Shown here: positions 37,535 to 48,275 of the stretch, one piece after another
Layout of the letters: each line of letters starts with the position of its first letter
Position numbering within the stretch: the first letter of the stretch is position 1
Source of the DNA: Bacilli bacterium
GTDB taxonomy: Bacteria; Bacillota_I; Bacilli_A; RF39; UBA660
Length of the DNA stretch: 64,000 nt
Assembly: GCA_036667875.1 (NCBI GenBank)
Contig: JAVWTD010000001.1
Location: 5,767 to 69,766, forward strand
Direction of reading: 5' to 3'
Translations under genes and position numbers: made by a program
Notes under the pieces: model-generated
The model's input: the letters and a program-made list of their open reading frames with translations, nothing else
Told to the model about the DNA's origin: nothing
Databases searched by the model: none

Positions 37535-38244
37535 AATTATACCTCCCAAATATTCTTTCATTATGACTATTCTAGAGGTTTAACTAAATACTATCACGAC
37601 ACTTAATTAAACACTTTAGATTAATCATGTCATTAGCAAAGGTTTTTACAAAATATTATTATCTACATTTCCCTTTTCTCATATTAATTCATTATTTGGA
37701 ATTCTAATAATATTATTGTAATTTTGATGTAATAAATACTCAAAATACTTTTGTTTGTAATATATTTCCAAATTACAAACTATCAATAACCAAATTTTTG
37801 TAAGTATAATTTATATGCTATTTTAATTCTTTTCCATATTTTAATGGCTATTATGCAAAATAAATTAATACTTTTAGAAGATTTAGAAAAAATAAACTTA
37901 AACTACTTCAGGCCCACTGTAATAATTTAAATAAGTTTTATATATCTTTTTTGCTTATGATTTTTTTAGTAGAAGTCGATACTAATTAAATTAATAATGT
38001 AATTCCTTTTAACATTAGTAATTATCTATTTTAGTTGCCCATAACTAATTTATAGATGCCTTTTTACAGGTCTTGTTTAAAATCATAATACTAAGATATT
38101 TTTAACTTTGCCAATCTATCTACCTCTTCTAGTTTCATTATAACACCACTTTTAATAAGAGCAATACCTAAATTCATTTTTTTGTCAAACTGTACATTTG
38201 TATTTACAAAAAACAAAAATAATAAAAAAAGAAAGTATATCTTT

Positions 38245-39315
38245 CTATTTTATTACTATCTGATATGGGTTTTCAATAGTGCCATATCCTTTAAAAAGAA
38301 CATCTTTATTTAATGTAAAGACGGGTCTTACGTAAAACTGTTCATTTTCAATTGCACTTTCAATTTCTCCGTTATTTCTTATAATTAAATTTGAATTACT
38401 TCTAGAATCTATTGTAAAATAATCATATTTTGCCTTTAACCAATTTAAAGGGGCACACAATTTGCTTTCACTGATTGTTTCTTTACACTTTTTATTTTTT
38501 GTTGTATTTAAATATTCATTTACATTTAATAGAGAAATTGTAGAGTAAAAAAGTTGTTCTTCTATTCTTTCATCTTTTTTATAAATATATTTTTTGTATT
38601 CATTTTCTACAAAATTACGATTATTTCTTAATTTATTTGTATCCTCACTAGCATTTAAATAAAATGATACAGTATTATCTTCAAACGATATAATTTTTAA
38701 ATTTTGTTTATATTTGCTCCAAGTCATTTTAGTTAAAGGTTCGTTAATTATAATTTTAATATATCCATTGTCATCTATTGAAACAATTCTGTAAACTGTA
38801 TCATCAATTATTAAATAATTATTTGGATTTTCTCCTTTAAAATAATAATTACCGTTATCCTCTTTATAAATTCCATCAATTTCATGAGCTAAAGAAACAT
38901 TAATTCCAGCGAATTTTACTGATTGCTTGATTTTACAATTATCTGTTTCTTCTATTAAAATATCATCATTATCATATTTTTTAGTGATACACCATTCTTT
39001 ATCGTTAGCAATGATTTGTATTTGTCCATTTTTACTTAAATATATTTTCCCTTTTTGTGGAAGTTTAGATTCAATAATTAGTCCTTCTTCAACAATATTC
39101 CAATTTTCAATTGTAAACACTTTATATTCTTCTTTAAATTCTCTTGTGGATAGATAATATTTATCCACTTCATTTATTACTTTGTTTACATTTTCATTTA
39201 ATAATTTTTTATATTTTTGTTTTATTTTAATCTTTGCAAATGGATACATAATTAATATACTCATTAATATTATTATACTTATACTTAATATAAAAATTTG
39301 TTTTTTTTCTTTCAT
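38245..39315 (-). CDS. N-terminally anchored extracytoplasmic hypothetical protein
   Basis: TM at residues 8-26; 330-aa ectodomain rich in Tyr/Asn with two conserved Cys pairs. An AGAAAG-TATAT-CTTTCT hairpin terminator lies just downstream (38228-38250). Confidence 0.45.
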   Translation of the reverse strand: MKEKKQIFILSISIIILMSILIMYPFAKIKIKQKYKKLLNENVNKVINEVDKYYLSTREFKEEYKVFTIENWNIVEEGLIIESKLPQKGKIYLSKNGQIQIIANDKEWCITKKYDNDDILIEETDNCKIKQSVKFAGINVSLAHEIDGIYKEDNGNYYFKGENPNNYLIIDDTVYRIVSIDDNGYIKIIINEPLTKMTWSKYKQNLKIISFEDNTVSFYLNASEDTNKLRNNRNFVENEYKKYIYKKDERIEEQLFYSTISLLNVNEYLNTTKNKKCKETISESKLCAPLNWLKAKYDYFTIDSRSNSNLIIRNNGEIESAIENEQFYVRPVFTLNKDVLFKGYGTIENPYQIVIK

Positions 39316-39383
39316 TCTACCACCTAATTAATTATATTATAGCAAACTTTTAATAATAAGTAAAAAAAAAATAATTTATTCAA

Positions 39384-39593
39384 TTATTTTTCAGTACTTA
39401 TACCATATTTACGATTAAATTTTTCTACGCGTCCAGTTTTTGTAGCTGAACCTTGTTTTCCTGTAAAAAATGGATGACATTTATCACAAACTTCAACATG
39501 TAAATCTGGTTTATTTGATTTAACGGTAAATGAATTTCCGCAAGCACAAACTACAGATGTTTCCACATAGTTAGGATGTATTCCTTTTTTCAT
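39384..39593 (-). CDS. rpmE: 50S ribosomal protein L31 (zinc-binding type A)
   Basis: MKKGIHPNY..., CACG...[10 protein letters not shown]. Confidence 0.9.
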   Translation of the reverse strand: MKKGIHPNYVETSVVCACGNSFTVKSNKPDLHVEVCDKCHPFFTGKQGSATKTGRVEKFNRKYGISTEK

Positions 39594-39777
39594 AATATTT
39601 CTCCTTCCGCCATGACAATATATAAAGTCATAGTAATTTTTGCGCCTTTATTATAACAATTTTACATATGTAAAGTCAACTGTTAAAATTAAAAATCACA
39701 AATATGCTGTTAAAAAACGCTTTTTAATTACTATATGGTACAAAAAGACTCTAACTTAAAATTATACACATAATAAT

Positions 39778-40452
39778 TTAATCGGTCAAAGTTTTATTTT
39801 TTATTATATTTATTATTTTATTACTGATTTTCTTATTTGTTTTATAATCTAAAAACAATGAATTTTCGTTTAAATTTTCATTTTTTACTTCTATAAAATT
39901 TATATTTATTTTTTTACATTCTTCTTTTATTTCTTTATTTAATTTTTTTATATATAAATTATTTTGTTTTTGATTTTCTAAATTTTTATATGGATTATAT
40001 AATGCAGTGAAAAATATATCTTCCTTAGAATATTCTCGAACACTATTTAAAAAACATATAATATCATTTCTAATTTCAATTAAATTATTAGAATCATTAT
40101 TATTTAGATTTAAATTAAATAAGTAATCTGGAAGTCCTAATGATATTGTTATAATATCAGCTTTTATTAGTGCATTTTTAAACGTTATTTTTTTATTGTT
40201 ATATTTTATTTCTTTATTATCTTCTAAAAAATTAATATAGTCTGTTGTTCTATAAGAAACATTGGAAAACATATCTATATATTTTTCTAATATATTATTA
40301 TCTTTTAAATATTTTTTTATTATAATATTATAATCATCTATTTTATTTGTTGAATTGCTAATTGATAGATAATATATTTTTTTTTCATAAGTTAATAGAT
40401 ATACAAAAATTAAAGAAAAAAGTATTAAAGAGATTGTTAAAATTTTTTTCAT
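39778..40452 (-). CDS. secreted/anchored hypothetical protein, possibly degenerate SGNH-like
   Basis: Signal/TM at the N-terminus. LSISNS and ITISLGLPD are loosely reminiscent of SGNH blocks I/II with Ser replaced. Weak assignment. Confidence 0.35.
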   Translation of the reverse strand: MKKILTISLILFSLIFVYLLTYEKKIYYLSISNSTNKIDDYNIIIKKYLKDNNILEKYIDMFSNVSYRTTDYINFLEDNKEIKYNNKKITFKNALIKADIITISLGLPDYLFNLNLNNNDSNNLIEIRNDIICFLNSVREYSKEDIFFTALYNPYKNLENQKQNNLYIKKLNKEIKEECKKININFIEVKNENLNENSLFLDYKTNKKISNKIINIIKNKTLTD

Positions 40453-40490
40453 AAAACCTCCATTAAAAAAAGTATATTAATTCTACTTAA

Positions 40491-41744
40491 TTATACTTCT
40501 TCAATTTGAATTTTAGCACCAACATTACTTAATTTTTCAATAATGTTTTCATAGCCTCTTAATACATGTTCAATATCTGTCACAATAGTTGTTCCTTCGG
40601 CTCTTAATCCTGCCAATATTAGGCATGCTCCTGCACGGAGATCAGTCGCTTTAACTACTTTCCCTTTTAAAGAAGAAGGTCCTGTTATCAATGCTTTTTT
40701 ATCTTTAACAACTATATTTGCACCCATTTCATTAAGAAAAGGGATATTTTGAAATCTATTTTCATAAATTGTTTCTTCTAAGATAGATTCGCCATTACAT
40801 TGAGTTAAAAGCGTTACAATTGGTTGTTGTAAATCTGTTGGAAATCCAGGGTATCCTAGTGTTTTGATATTTACTGAATTTAAAGTTTTACAGTGAGAAA
40901 TATTGATAAAATCTTCACCAATTTCCATTTTTACACCCATTTCTTCTAATTTAAAAAGAAGGTTTTGAATGTGGTCAGGAATTATGTTAGTTATTTTTAG
41001 ATTATCACCTAATAGTGCACCTGCAATAACATAAGTTCCAGCTTCAATTCTATCTGGAATTACTTCTATATAAGTTTTATGAAGTTTGGTTACTCCTTCA
41101 ATCACAATCTTACTGGTTCCTGCTCCTTTTATATTTGCTCCCATATTATTTAAATATGTAGTAACATTTACTATTTCAGGTTCCTTAGCTGCGTTTTCTA
41201 TTATTGTTTTTCCTTTTGCTTTTACTGCAACTAGTATAGTATTAATAGTTGCTCCAACACTAGGCATATCCAAATATACATTAGAACCAATTAGTTCTTT
41301 TGCATCAATTATAAACTTATTATCTATTTCTTGGACAGTAGCACCTAATGCTTTAAATCCTTTTAATGTTTGATCTATAGGTCTTGCACCAATGGAACAT
41401 CCACCTGGAAAATACATTTCAACATGCTTGTATTTCCCAAGAAGAGCTGACATAAAATAATAAGATGCTCTTAATCTTTTTGAAATACTTTCAGGAATTT
41501 CCTTATTTTCAATCGATGAAGAGTCTATTTCCATTCTTTTACTATCTCTTTTAACTTTTGCCCCTAAAAATTCAAGAATATCATTTAACGCTTCAATATC
41601 AGAAATATTAGGTATATTATCTATTATTGCTGTTTCGTCACATAAAATAGATGCTGGTACAAGGGCTACTGCACTATTTTTTGAACCTCCAATGTTGATT
41701 TGTCCTGTTAAAGTTTTATTTCCTTCGATTTTTATTTGTTTCAT
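40491..41744 (-). CDS. murA: UDP-N-acetylglucosamine 1-carboxyvinyltransferase
   Basis: IEGNKTLTGQINIGGSKNSAVALV..., catalytic Cys loop PGGCSIGARPID. Confidence 0.9.
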   Translation of the reverse strand: MKQIKIEGNKTLTGQINIGGSKNSAVALVPASILCDETAIIDNIPNISDIEALNDILEFLGAKVKRDSKRMEIDSSSIENKEIPESISKRLRASYYFMSALLGKYKHVEMYFPGGCSIGARPIDQTLKGFKALGATVQEIDNKFIIDAKELIGSNVYLDMPSVGATINTILVAVKAKGKTIIENAAKEPEIVNVTTYLNNMGANIKGAGTSKIVIEGVTKLHKTYIEVIPDRIEAGTYVIAGALLGDNLKITNIIPDHIQNLLFKLEEMGVKMEIGEDFINISHCKTLNSVNIKTLGYPGFPTDLQQPIVTLLTQCNGESILEETIYENRFQNIPFLNEMGANIVVKDKKALITGPSSLKGKVVKATDLRAGACLILAGLRAEGTTIVTDIEHVLRGYENIIEKLSNVGAKIQIEEV

Positions 41745-41756
41745 AATATTTTCTCC

Positions 41757-42608
41757 TTAAGCTTTATTTATTGAATTTAGCAAAACAACTTTATTTTTAA
41801 TTGCTTCTTTTATATTTTTTTCACCAGCGCCAATTACTTTTCTTGGGTCATAAACTGTTTTATTTTTTTCTATAAACTCTATAACAGCTTTATGCCATTC
41901 TATTTGTAATTCTGTATTTATATTAATTTTACATATACCACATTCAATAGCTTTTTTAATTTTATCATCTGGAATACCTGTACCACCATGAAGAACAAGT
42001 GGAAGATTAGTTTTTTCACTAATTATTTTCATTCTTTCAAAATTTAAATTTGGTTCTCCTTTATAAATACCATGAACACTACCTAAAGCAGGTGCTAATG
42101 CGCATAAATTAGTTTCTTTAACCATTATGGTGCAGTCTTCAACTTTCGCGTGTAATACTTCATTTGAGATTCCATCTTCATTACCACCAATATGTCCAAT
42201 TTCTGCTTCTACAGAGCATCCAAATTTATTTGCATAAGCAATTACTTCATTAGTTATATTTATATTTTGTTTCAAATCATACTTTGAAGCATCAATCATT
42301 ACCGAACCAAATCCTCCATCTATTGCGTTTTTACAACATTCAAATGATGAACCATGATCAAGATGTAAACATACGGGTATTGTTATTTTTAGATCTTCTA
42401 ATAATCCTTTAATCATATTAGATATCACTTTATATCCACCCATGTATTTTGCAGCACCTTCACTAACTCCTAAAATGACAGGGGTTTCTAATTCTTGACA
42501 TTCTTCAAGAATATACTTTGCCCACTCTAAATTATTTATATTAAAATGGGGAACTGCATATTTTTCGTTTTTTGCTTTATTAAGCATTTTCTTCATATTT
42601 TCTAACAT
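41757..42608 (-). CDS. fba: class II fructose-bisphosphate aldolase
   Basis: YAVPHFNINNLEW..., LHLDHGSS, VMIDAS. Confidence 0.9.
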   Translation of the reverse strand: MLENMKKMLNKAKNEKYAVPHFNINNLEWAKYILEECQELETPVILGVSEGAAKYMGGYKVISNMIKGLLEDLKITIPVCLHLDHGSSFECCKNAIDGGFGSVMIDASKYDLKQNINITNEVIAYANKFGCSVEAEIGHIGGNEDGISNEVLHAKVEDCTIMVKETNLCALAPALGSVHGIYKGEPNLNFERMKIISEKTNLPLVLHGGTGIPDDKIKKAIECGICKININTELQIEWHKAVIEFIEKNKTVYDPRKVIGAGEKNIKEAIKNKVVLLNSINKA

Positions 42609-42756
42609 TCTATCACCATCTCAATTATATATTTTTTTTTGTAAAAAGGCAAACATAATAAAAATAAAAATGAATTAATTTCTAAAATCAAATCATTTTA
42701 TCTTTTATATATCGCTTATTATAATTATTTCCCATAAAACATTGAATTTTTAGCGC

Positions 42757-43212
42757 TTATTTGTGATAGGATTCATTTTTTATTATTTTATAACTTCTAT
42801 AAATTTGTTCAAGAAGTAATACTTTAAATAATTGATGAGGGAAAGTCAATTTTGAAAAAGATAATGATAAATTACTTTTTTTCTTTATATCGTCATGTAA
42901 TCCGTACGACCCACCAATGATAAATGTAATACTAGGATACTTGATGAAAGTTTCATCTATTTTTTTGGCAAATTCTTCACTTGACATTTCATTTCCCAAA
43001 ATTTCCATTGTTATTATGTAATCTTTTTCATTAATATATTTCATTATATTTTCTTTTTCTTTTTCTAGTACAATTTTTTTATTATTAAATTCATAATCAC
43101 TAAGTTCAATAAACTCTAATTTAGTATATTTTGAAATTCTTTTAGAATATTCTAATACTGCATCTCTAAGATATTTTTCTTTAATTTTTCCAATTGAGAT
43201 AACTTTTATCAT
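42757..43212 (-). CDS. rlmH: 23S rRNA (pseudouridine1915-N3)-methyltransferase RlmH
   Basis: 151-aa SPOUT fold; MIKVISIGKIKEKYL...FIIGGSYGL. Confidence 0.85.
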   Translation of the reverse strand: MIKVISIGKIKEKYLRDAVLEYSKRISKYTKLEFIELSDYEFNNKKIVLEKEKENIMKYINEKDYIITMEILGNEMSSEEFAKKIDETFIKYPSITFIIGGSYGLHDDIKKKSNLSLSFSKLTFPHQLFKVLLLEQIYRSYKIIKNESYHK

Positions 43213-43955
43213 ATACTAAATACCTCTGTTCTTTCATTTTGAGTTGTTATAATTATTTCTTTATCAAAATCTATCAAGTCTGACACAGTTGAATACGCTA
43301 ATTCACTTGAATTATTATTTTCACTTAAATGTGCTAAAACTATTTTTTCGGTTTTAGTACCTATAAAAGACTTTAAATAATAGGAACAGTCTTTATTTGA
43401 AATATGACCGCTATCTCCTAAAATTCTCATTTTTAAAAAGTGTGGTCTATTACTAGACATTAGAAGGTCAACATCATGATTTGCTTCAATTATGTAAACT
43501 GTTCTATTAAATAATAAATTGTTATATTTTTGATTTATATATCCAGTATCAGTTATGTAAACTAAATCTTTATCAAGATGTTTGAATAAGTAACCTCTGC
43601 ATTCTGCAACATCATGAGATAATATAAAACTAGAAACACTAAAATCATTGATTATAATTTCATTTTCATTTAAATAATATTTTTCTAATTTAAAAGGTAA
43701 TTCATTCATAGTCTTAGATGATATATATATTGTTGGATTAATAACTTTAATAATTCTTTTTAAAGCACTAATATGATCTATATGAGAGTGTGTAATAAAT
43801 ATTCCTTCTATTTCACATGGTTCAACATTAATTTCAGCTAATTTATTTGAAATGTAAAGGAAATTAGTACCGGCATCTATAAGAAATTTATGATTTCCTA
43901 TTTGAATGAAAGTACAATTTCCTTTTGATCCACTTGCTAATACACAAAATTTCAT
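43209..43955 (-). CDS. MBL-fold metallo-hydrolase (YycJ/WalJ-like)
   Basis: FIQIGNHKFLIDAGT, ITHSHIDH. Confidence 0.75.
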   Translation of the reverse strand: MKFCVLASGSKGNCTFIQIGNHKFLIDAGTNFLYISNKLAEINVEPCEIEGIFITHSHIDHISALKRIIKVINPTIYISSKTMNELPFKLEKYYLNENEIIINDFSVSSFILSHDVAECRGYLFKHLDKDLVYITDTGYINQKYNNLLFNRTVYIIEANHDVDLLMSSNRPHFLKMRILGDSGHISNKDCSYYLKSFIGTKTEKIVLAHLSENNNSSELAYSTVSDLIDFDKEIIITTQNERTEVFSI

Positions 43956-43958
43956 TAT

Positions 43959-45440
43959 TTAATAAAATGCGTAAGGATTAATAAATGCTGAATAATTAAA
44001 TCCTGGATGTGATGAACCTGAATACATTTCAAAGTGTAAATGACTTCCCGAAGTTTGACCTGTTAGTCCTACAAAGCCTATTAACTGACCACGTTCTACT
44101 GGGAATCCAGCTTTTACACCAGGTGCAATAGCAGAAAGGTGAGCGTATCCACTACCATATCCGTTATTATGATTTATAGCAATGAATGTACCATATGTTC
44201 CATATCCATACGTTGCCATTGTAACAGTACCGTTGTTAGCGGCATAAACAGGTGCACCATAATAATTTGTTATATCTAAAGCTTGATGGAATGAACAAGA
44301 TCCACTAAAACATCTATTTCCGAATCCAGATCCTATAGTAGTACTAGATGTTGGCCATGTCCAATATTTACCACCAACACCTGATATATATTTAGTTCCT
44401 ATTAGAACTATTTTATTAGTTGATGGTTTAAGTACTGATTGTTCTAATACTTCATTTTTTAAAATAAAGCCATTTTTTGAAACAATATTTTGTTTAATTC
44501 TTGATAGTCCATTTTCTCCATTTTGAATAGTTTCTTCATCACCTGCTAAAACAGAATCAGAAGGTCTTTCTTCAACACTATAATACAATTCTTGATCAGT
44601 AACTTTAGTAATAGAAGAAACTACATCCACCACAGGATCAGCGTATGAAACTGAAACTACTTGACCTGGATAAAGAATATTGTCAATGGATGTAAATTCA
44701 GGATTTGAAACTAAAAATTCTTGAACACTTATCTTATTATCTTTCGATACCGATTCAATAGTATCATTTTGTTGCACGATATATTCTTTGTTTTTTTCTG
44801 TAGTTGAAAATAGAATGTATTGTGATAATTCTTCTGAATTATTATAAATAATTTCATTGACAGGAATATTTGTCTTTTTGCTAGTAATTATATTGTCAAC
44901 ATATATACTGTCATATTTTAAGCCTGTTGTTTCTATTTCTTTTTGAGTCTCATCTAAATATGAATTATAATTTTCTTCTCCAATAAAAGCAATTATTGTA
45001 TTTTTAATTGATTCTTTGAAAATTGAATTATTTGTTACATATATAACATTATTTTCTATTTTTTGATTACCATCTTTTGTTTGAATCTCTTTTTTGATAG
45101 TATATTGATATCCTTTTATTGTAAAAGGTTTAAGATTTTGTAATTTTTTATAGACATCTTTAACTTCATCTGTTTTGTTATTGAAAGTAATAATCTTTTT
45201 AATATCAAGACCATTAGGGATATCAACTTTTTTAACATTATATTTATCTTTTATATTAGATCCTTCTTTGTCTATATAATCTTCTAATTCTTTTTTATCT
45301 TTTATTACTCCTAATATTTGATCATCTAAATACACTTGATAAAAATTATTAGGACTTGTTCTTTGGTTATTATTTATCCCAATAAAGCATACAAACATAC
45401 TTACAACAATTACAAATATCCATGGAATTACTTTTTTCAT
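43959..45440 (-). CDS. membrane-anchored LysM + M23 family metallopeptidase
   Basis: N-terminal TM. The LysM-like block is YIVQQNDTIESVSKDNKISVQEF. The C-terminal M23 domain has HQALDI...GYGSGYAHLS...GQTSGSHLHFEM (intact HxxxD and HxH). Confidence 0.75.
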   Translation of the reverse strand: MKKVIPWIFVIVVSMFVCFIGINNNQRTSPNNFYQVYLDDQILGVIKDKKELEDYIDKEGSNIKDKYNVKKVDIPNGLDIKKIITFNNKTDEVKDVYKKLQNLKPFTIKGYQYTIKKEIQTKDGNQKIENNVIYVTNNSIFKESIKNTIIAFIGEENYNSYLDETQKEIETTGLKYDSIYVDNIITSKKTNIPVNEIIYNNSEELSQYILFSTTEKNKEYIVQQNDTIESVSKDNKISVQEFLVSNPEFTSIDNILYPGQVVSVSYADPVVDVVSSITKVTDQELYYSVEERPSDSVLAGDEETIQNGENGLSRIKQNIVSKNGFILKNEVLEQSVLKPSTNKIVLIGTKYISGVGGKYWTWPTSSTTIGSGFGNRCFSGSCSFHQALDITNYYGAPVYAANNGTVTMATYGYGTYGTFIAINHNNGYGSGYAHLSAIAPGVKAGFPVERGQLIGFVGLTGQTSGSHLHFEMYSGSSHPGFNYSAFINPYAFY

Positions 45441-45443
45441 AAA

Positions 45444-46805
45444 TCACCTATTTTCCACTTCTTTATTAACAATACTAACAAACTTACTTAAATTTTTATG
45501 AAATATAAGATTTATAGTATCAGTAGGGCCACTTCTGTGTTTGGCTATTATAAATTCACTTTGACTATCATTACTTTCATCTTGGTCTTTTTTTAAAGTA
45601 TAGTAATCATCTCTATATAAAAATGCAACTATATCAGCATCTTGTTCAATAGATCCTGACTCTCTTAAATCTGAAAGCATTGGTCTTTTTTCATCTCTTT
45701 GTTCAACACCACGAGATAATTGAGCTAAAGCTACAACTGGAATATCTAACTCCATTGCCATTGTTTTTAAAGATCTTGATATTTCAGAAACTTCTTGTTG
45801 TCTATTTCCTTGATATTTTGGTGAACCTTGAATAAGAGTTAAATAGTCAATTATGACAATTCCAAGACCATTTTCTGATGATGCTAAACGTCTACATTTT
45901 GCTTTTATTTCTCCAATTGTCATTCCAGAAGTATCATCAATAACTAAATTTGTTTCTCCAAGTCTTGCTACTGCTTCATTAATCTTTTTAAAATCATCTT
46001 TTTCTATTTCACCACGTTTTAAATTTCCTAAATCAATTTCACCACACGCTGAAATCATTCTCATCGCTAATTGTTCGGCACCCATTTCCATATTGAAAAG
46101 AGCAACAGTCTTAGATGTTGTCATCGCCATATTTGTTGCTAAATTTAAAGCAAACGCTGTTTTCCCCATGGCTGGTCTTGCAGCAATAATTATTAATTCA
46201 TGTGGATGAAATCCAGTTGTAATTTTATCTAAATCGTCAAATCCTGTTGAAAGACCAGTTATTTCTCCTTTGTTTTTTGCAATTCTCTCTAATTGTTCAA
46301 CTGTTTTATTCAAAACTTCTTGAATTGTTCTAAATTCAGAACCTTTTCTGGTTTTTACAACGTTTAAAATTTTTGTCTCTGCACTTTCTAATATATCTGA
46401 AAGATTATCACTACCTTTGTAAGCATCATCAATAATTAACGATGATTCATTAATCAATCTTCTTAAGACTGCTTTTTCACTTACAATTTTAATATATTCA
46501 TCTATATTTGCAGCACTAGGTACAGTATTTAGTAAAGAAGCCACATATTCTGAACCACCTATGTTTTTTAAAATATTTCTTTTTTCTAATTCTGCTATAA
46601 CAATAGCACCATCTATATTGGTGTTATTTTCAATCATAGTTTGCATAACTTCAAATATTTTTTTATGAGACTCTTTATAAAATAATTCAGATGATAAATT
46701 TTCAACACATTTTTTTGCAGCTTGATCTGATAAAAACATTGAACCTAGAACACATTGTTCTACTTCAATATTATGAGGCATAATTTTATCATCCATAATT
46801 TTCAC
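45444..46805 (-). CDS. dnaB: replicative DNA helicase (DnaB family; dnaC in Bacillus nomenclature)
   Basis: Walker A GARPAMGKTAF, Walker B IVIIDYLTLI, arginine finger RESGSIEQDAD. Confidence 0.9.
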   Translation of the reverse strand: MKIMDDKIMPHNIEVEQCVLGSMFLSDQAAKKCVENLSSELFYKESHKKIFEVMQTMIENNTNIDGAIVIAELEKRNILKNIGGSEYVASLLNTVPSAANIDEYIKIVSEKAVLRRLINESSLIIDDAYKGSDNLSDILESAETKILNVVKTRKGSEFRTIQEVLNKTVEQLERIAKNKGEITGLSTGFDDLDKITTGFHPHELIIIAARPAMGKTAFALNLATNMAMTTSKTVALFNMEMGAEQLAMRMISACGEIDLGNLKRGEIEKDDFKKINEAVARLGETNLVIDDTSGMTIGEIKAKCRRLASSENGLGIVIIDYLTLIQGSPKYQGNRQQEVSEISRSLKTMAMELDIPVVALAQLSRGVEQRDEKRPMLSDLRESGSIEQDADIVAFLYRDDYYTLKKDQDESNDSQSEFIIAKHRSGPTDTINLIFHKNLSKFVSIVNKEVENR

Positions 46806-47252
46806 CTAACTTTCTTTAGATAATTCAACCTGTAATTCTGCAACAACTTTTTTATGCAAATTTATTTTTAAAATATGCATTCCTAAACAATTTAAATTTA
46901 TATTTTTATCAATTGTTTTTTTATCTATTTCTATTTTTTTGTTTTTTAATTCTTGTACAATTTGCTTTGGACTAATTGTTCCAAAAACTTTATCAAATGA
47001 ACCTGTTTTAACTTTAAATTTTAATGTAATTTTTTCTATTTGTTCTTTAATTTTTAGAGAATCATTAATTTTTTCATTTTCTTCAAGTTCTTTTTTCTTT
47101 GTCAAAGTGTCTTGATGTTTTAAATTACCATCATTGGCAATTACTGCATATCCGTTTTTAATTAGAAAATTCATTCCATATCCATCTTTAACTTCTTTGA
47201 TCTCACCAATTTTTCCTTGGCCTTTTAAGTTTTTAACAAAAATAACTTTCAT
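46806..47252 (-). CDS. rplI: 50S ribosomal protein L9
   Basis: [31 protein letters not shown]. Confidence 0.9.
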   Translation of the reverse strand: MKVIFVKNLKGQGKIGEIKEVKDGYGMNFLIKNGYAVIANDGNLKHQDTLTKKKELEENEKINDSLKIKEQIEKITLKFKVKTGSFDKVFGTISPKQIVQELKNKKIEIDKKTIDKNINLNCLGMHILKINLHKKVVAELQVELSKES

Positions 47253-47348
47253 ATTTTCACCTCACTACCATTATACTATATTTTTTGATAATTGTCTTTA
47301 TAAAAAAAAATAAAAATTGTTGGGAAATGATTATTATAGTTCATATAA

Positions 47349-48275
47349 TCAATTCTTTTTTTCTTTTATTCTTTCTGCTAAATCTTGTATTTTTTTCATT
47401 CTATGATTAACACCTGACTTTGAAATAAGGTTACCAGTTTCATAAGAAATTATTTGGCTTAATTCTAAAAGTGAAGCATCCTCGTATTTCAGTCTATAAT
47501 TTGCAATAACTTGTTCTTTTTCATCAAGTAAATCTAAGCCACCGATATTTATTATTAAATTTATATCGTCTGCTTGTTTCATTGCAGTTGTTATAATTTT
47601 ATCAACATTAGCTTGTTCCATATTATTTAAACGATTTGTCATATTTTTGTGATCTCTATAAATTCTAATATCCTCATAATACATTACTGCATTTGAAGCA
47701 CTAATGATTCTTAAAAAGTCACCGATTTTTTCTGCTTCTTTTATATAAACCATAAATTTATTTTCTCTTTTAATTATTTTGCTGTTTAAATAAAATTCAT
47801 TTAATATTTTTACAACAAAATTAGAGTATTCTTCATTATTAAATAAGAATTCTAAATGGTATCTAGATTTTTTAGGATCATTTATGCTTCCTGAAGAAAT
47901 AAATACTCCACGCAAGTATGCTCTCATAGTATCCATATCATCAATAATATATTCTTCAGGAATATCTAGTAATTTTTTATTAAATATGGCTAATTGTTCA
48001 AGAATATTATATATATTATTATTTATTTCAATAATATATATTAAGTTTTTATTATAATTGTATCCTTTTCTAATTGTTATTTTAGGTTGTACATCAAATA
48101 ACTCTTTAAATAAGGAATATATTTTCCTTGCGACACTTGAATTTTCGGTGTCTATTTTAATCTTTTCTTTACTTATCTCACTATTTTTAACAATTGCAGA
48201 TAATTCCGCAATATTTTCGGTTTTTATTCCTGAAATCTTACTAACTTCAGTTTTAACTACACTAGTAAAAGACAT
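47349..48275 (-). CDS. whiA: DNA-binding protein WhiA
   Basis: MSFTSVVKTEVS..., LAGLIDADGH-like degenerate LAGLIDADG repeats, C-terminal HTH. Confidence 0.85.
   Translation of the reverse strand: MSFTSVVKTEVSKISGIKTENIAELSAIVKNSEISKEKIKIDTENSSVARKIYSLFKELFDVQPKITIRKGYNYNKNLIYIIEINNNIYNILEQLAIFNKKLLDIPEEYIIDDMDTMRAYLRGVFISSGSINDPKKSRYHLEFLFNNEEYSNFVVKILNEFYLNSKIIKRENKFMVYIKEAEKIGDFLRIISASNAVMYYEDIRIYRDHKNMTNRLNNMEQANVDKIITTAMKQADDINLIINIGGLDLLDEKEQVIANYRLKYEDASLLELSQIISYETGNLISKSGVNHRMKKIQDLAERIKEKKN

Noticed and set aside
39594-39777. Possible Zur-box or regulatory leader upstream of rpmE (L31)
   Set aside because: This L31 is the zinc-binding CxxC type, which is normally constitutive. No palindromic Fur-family box was recognisable.
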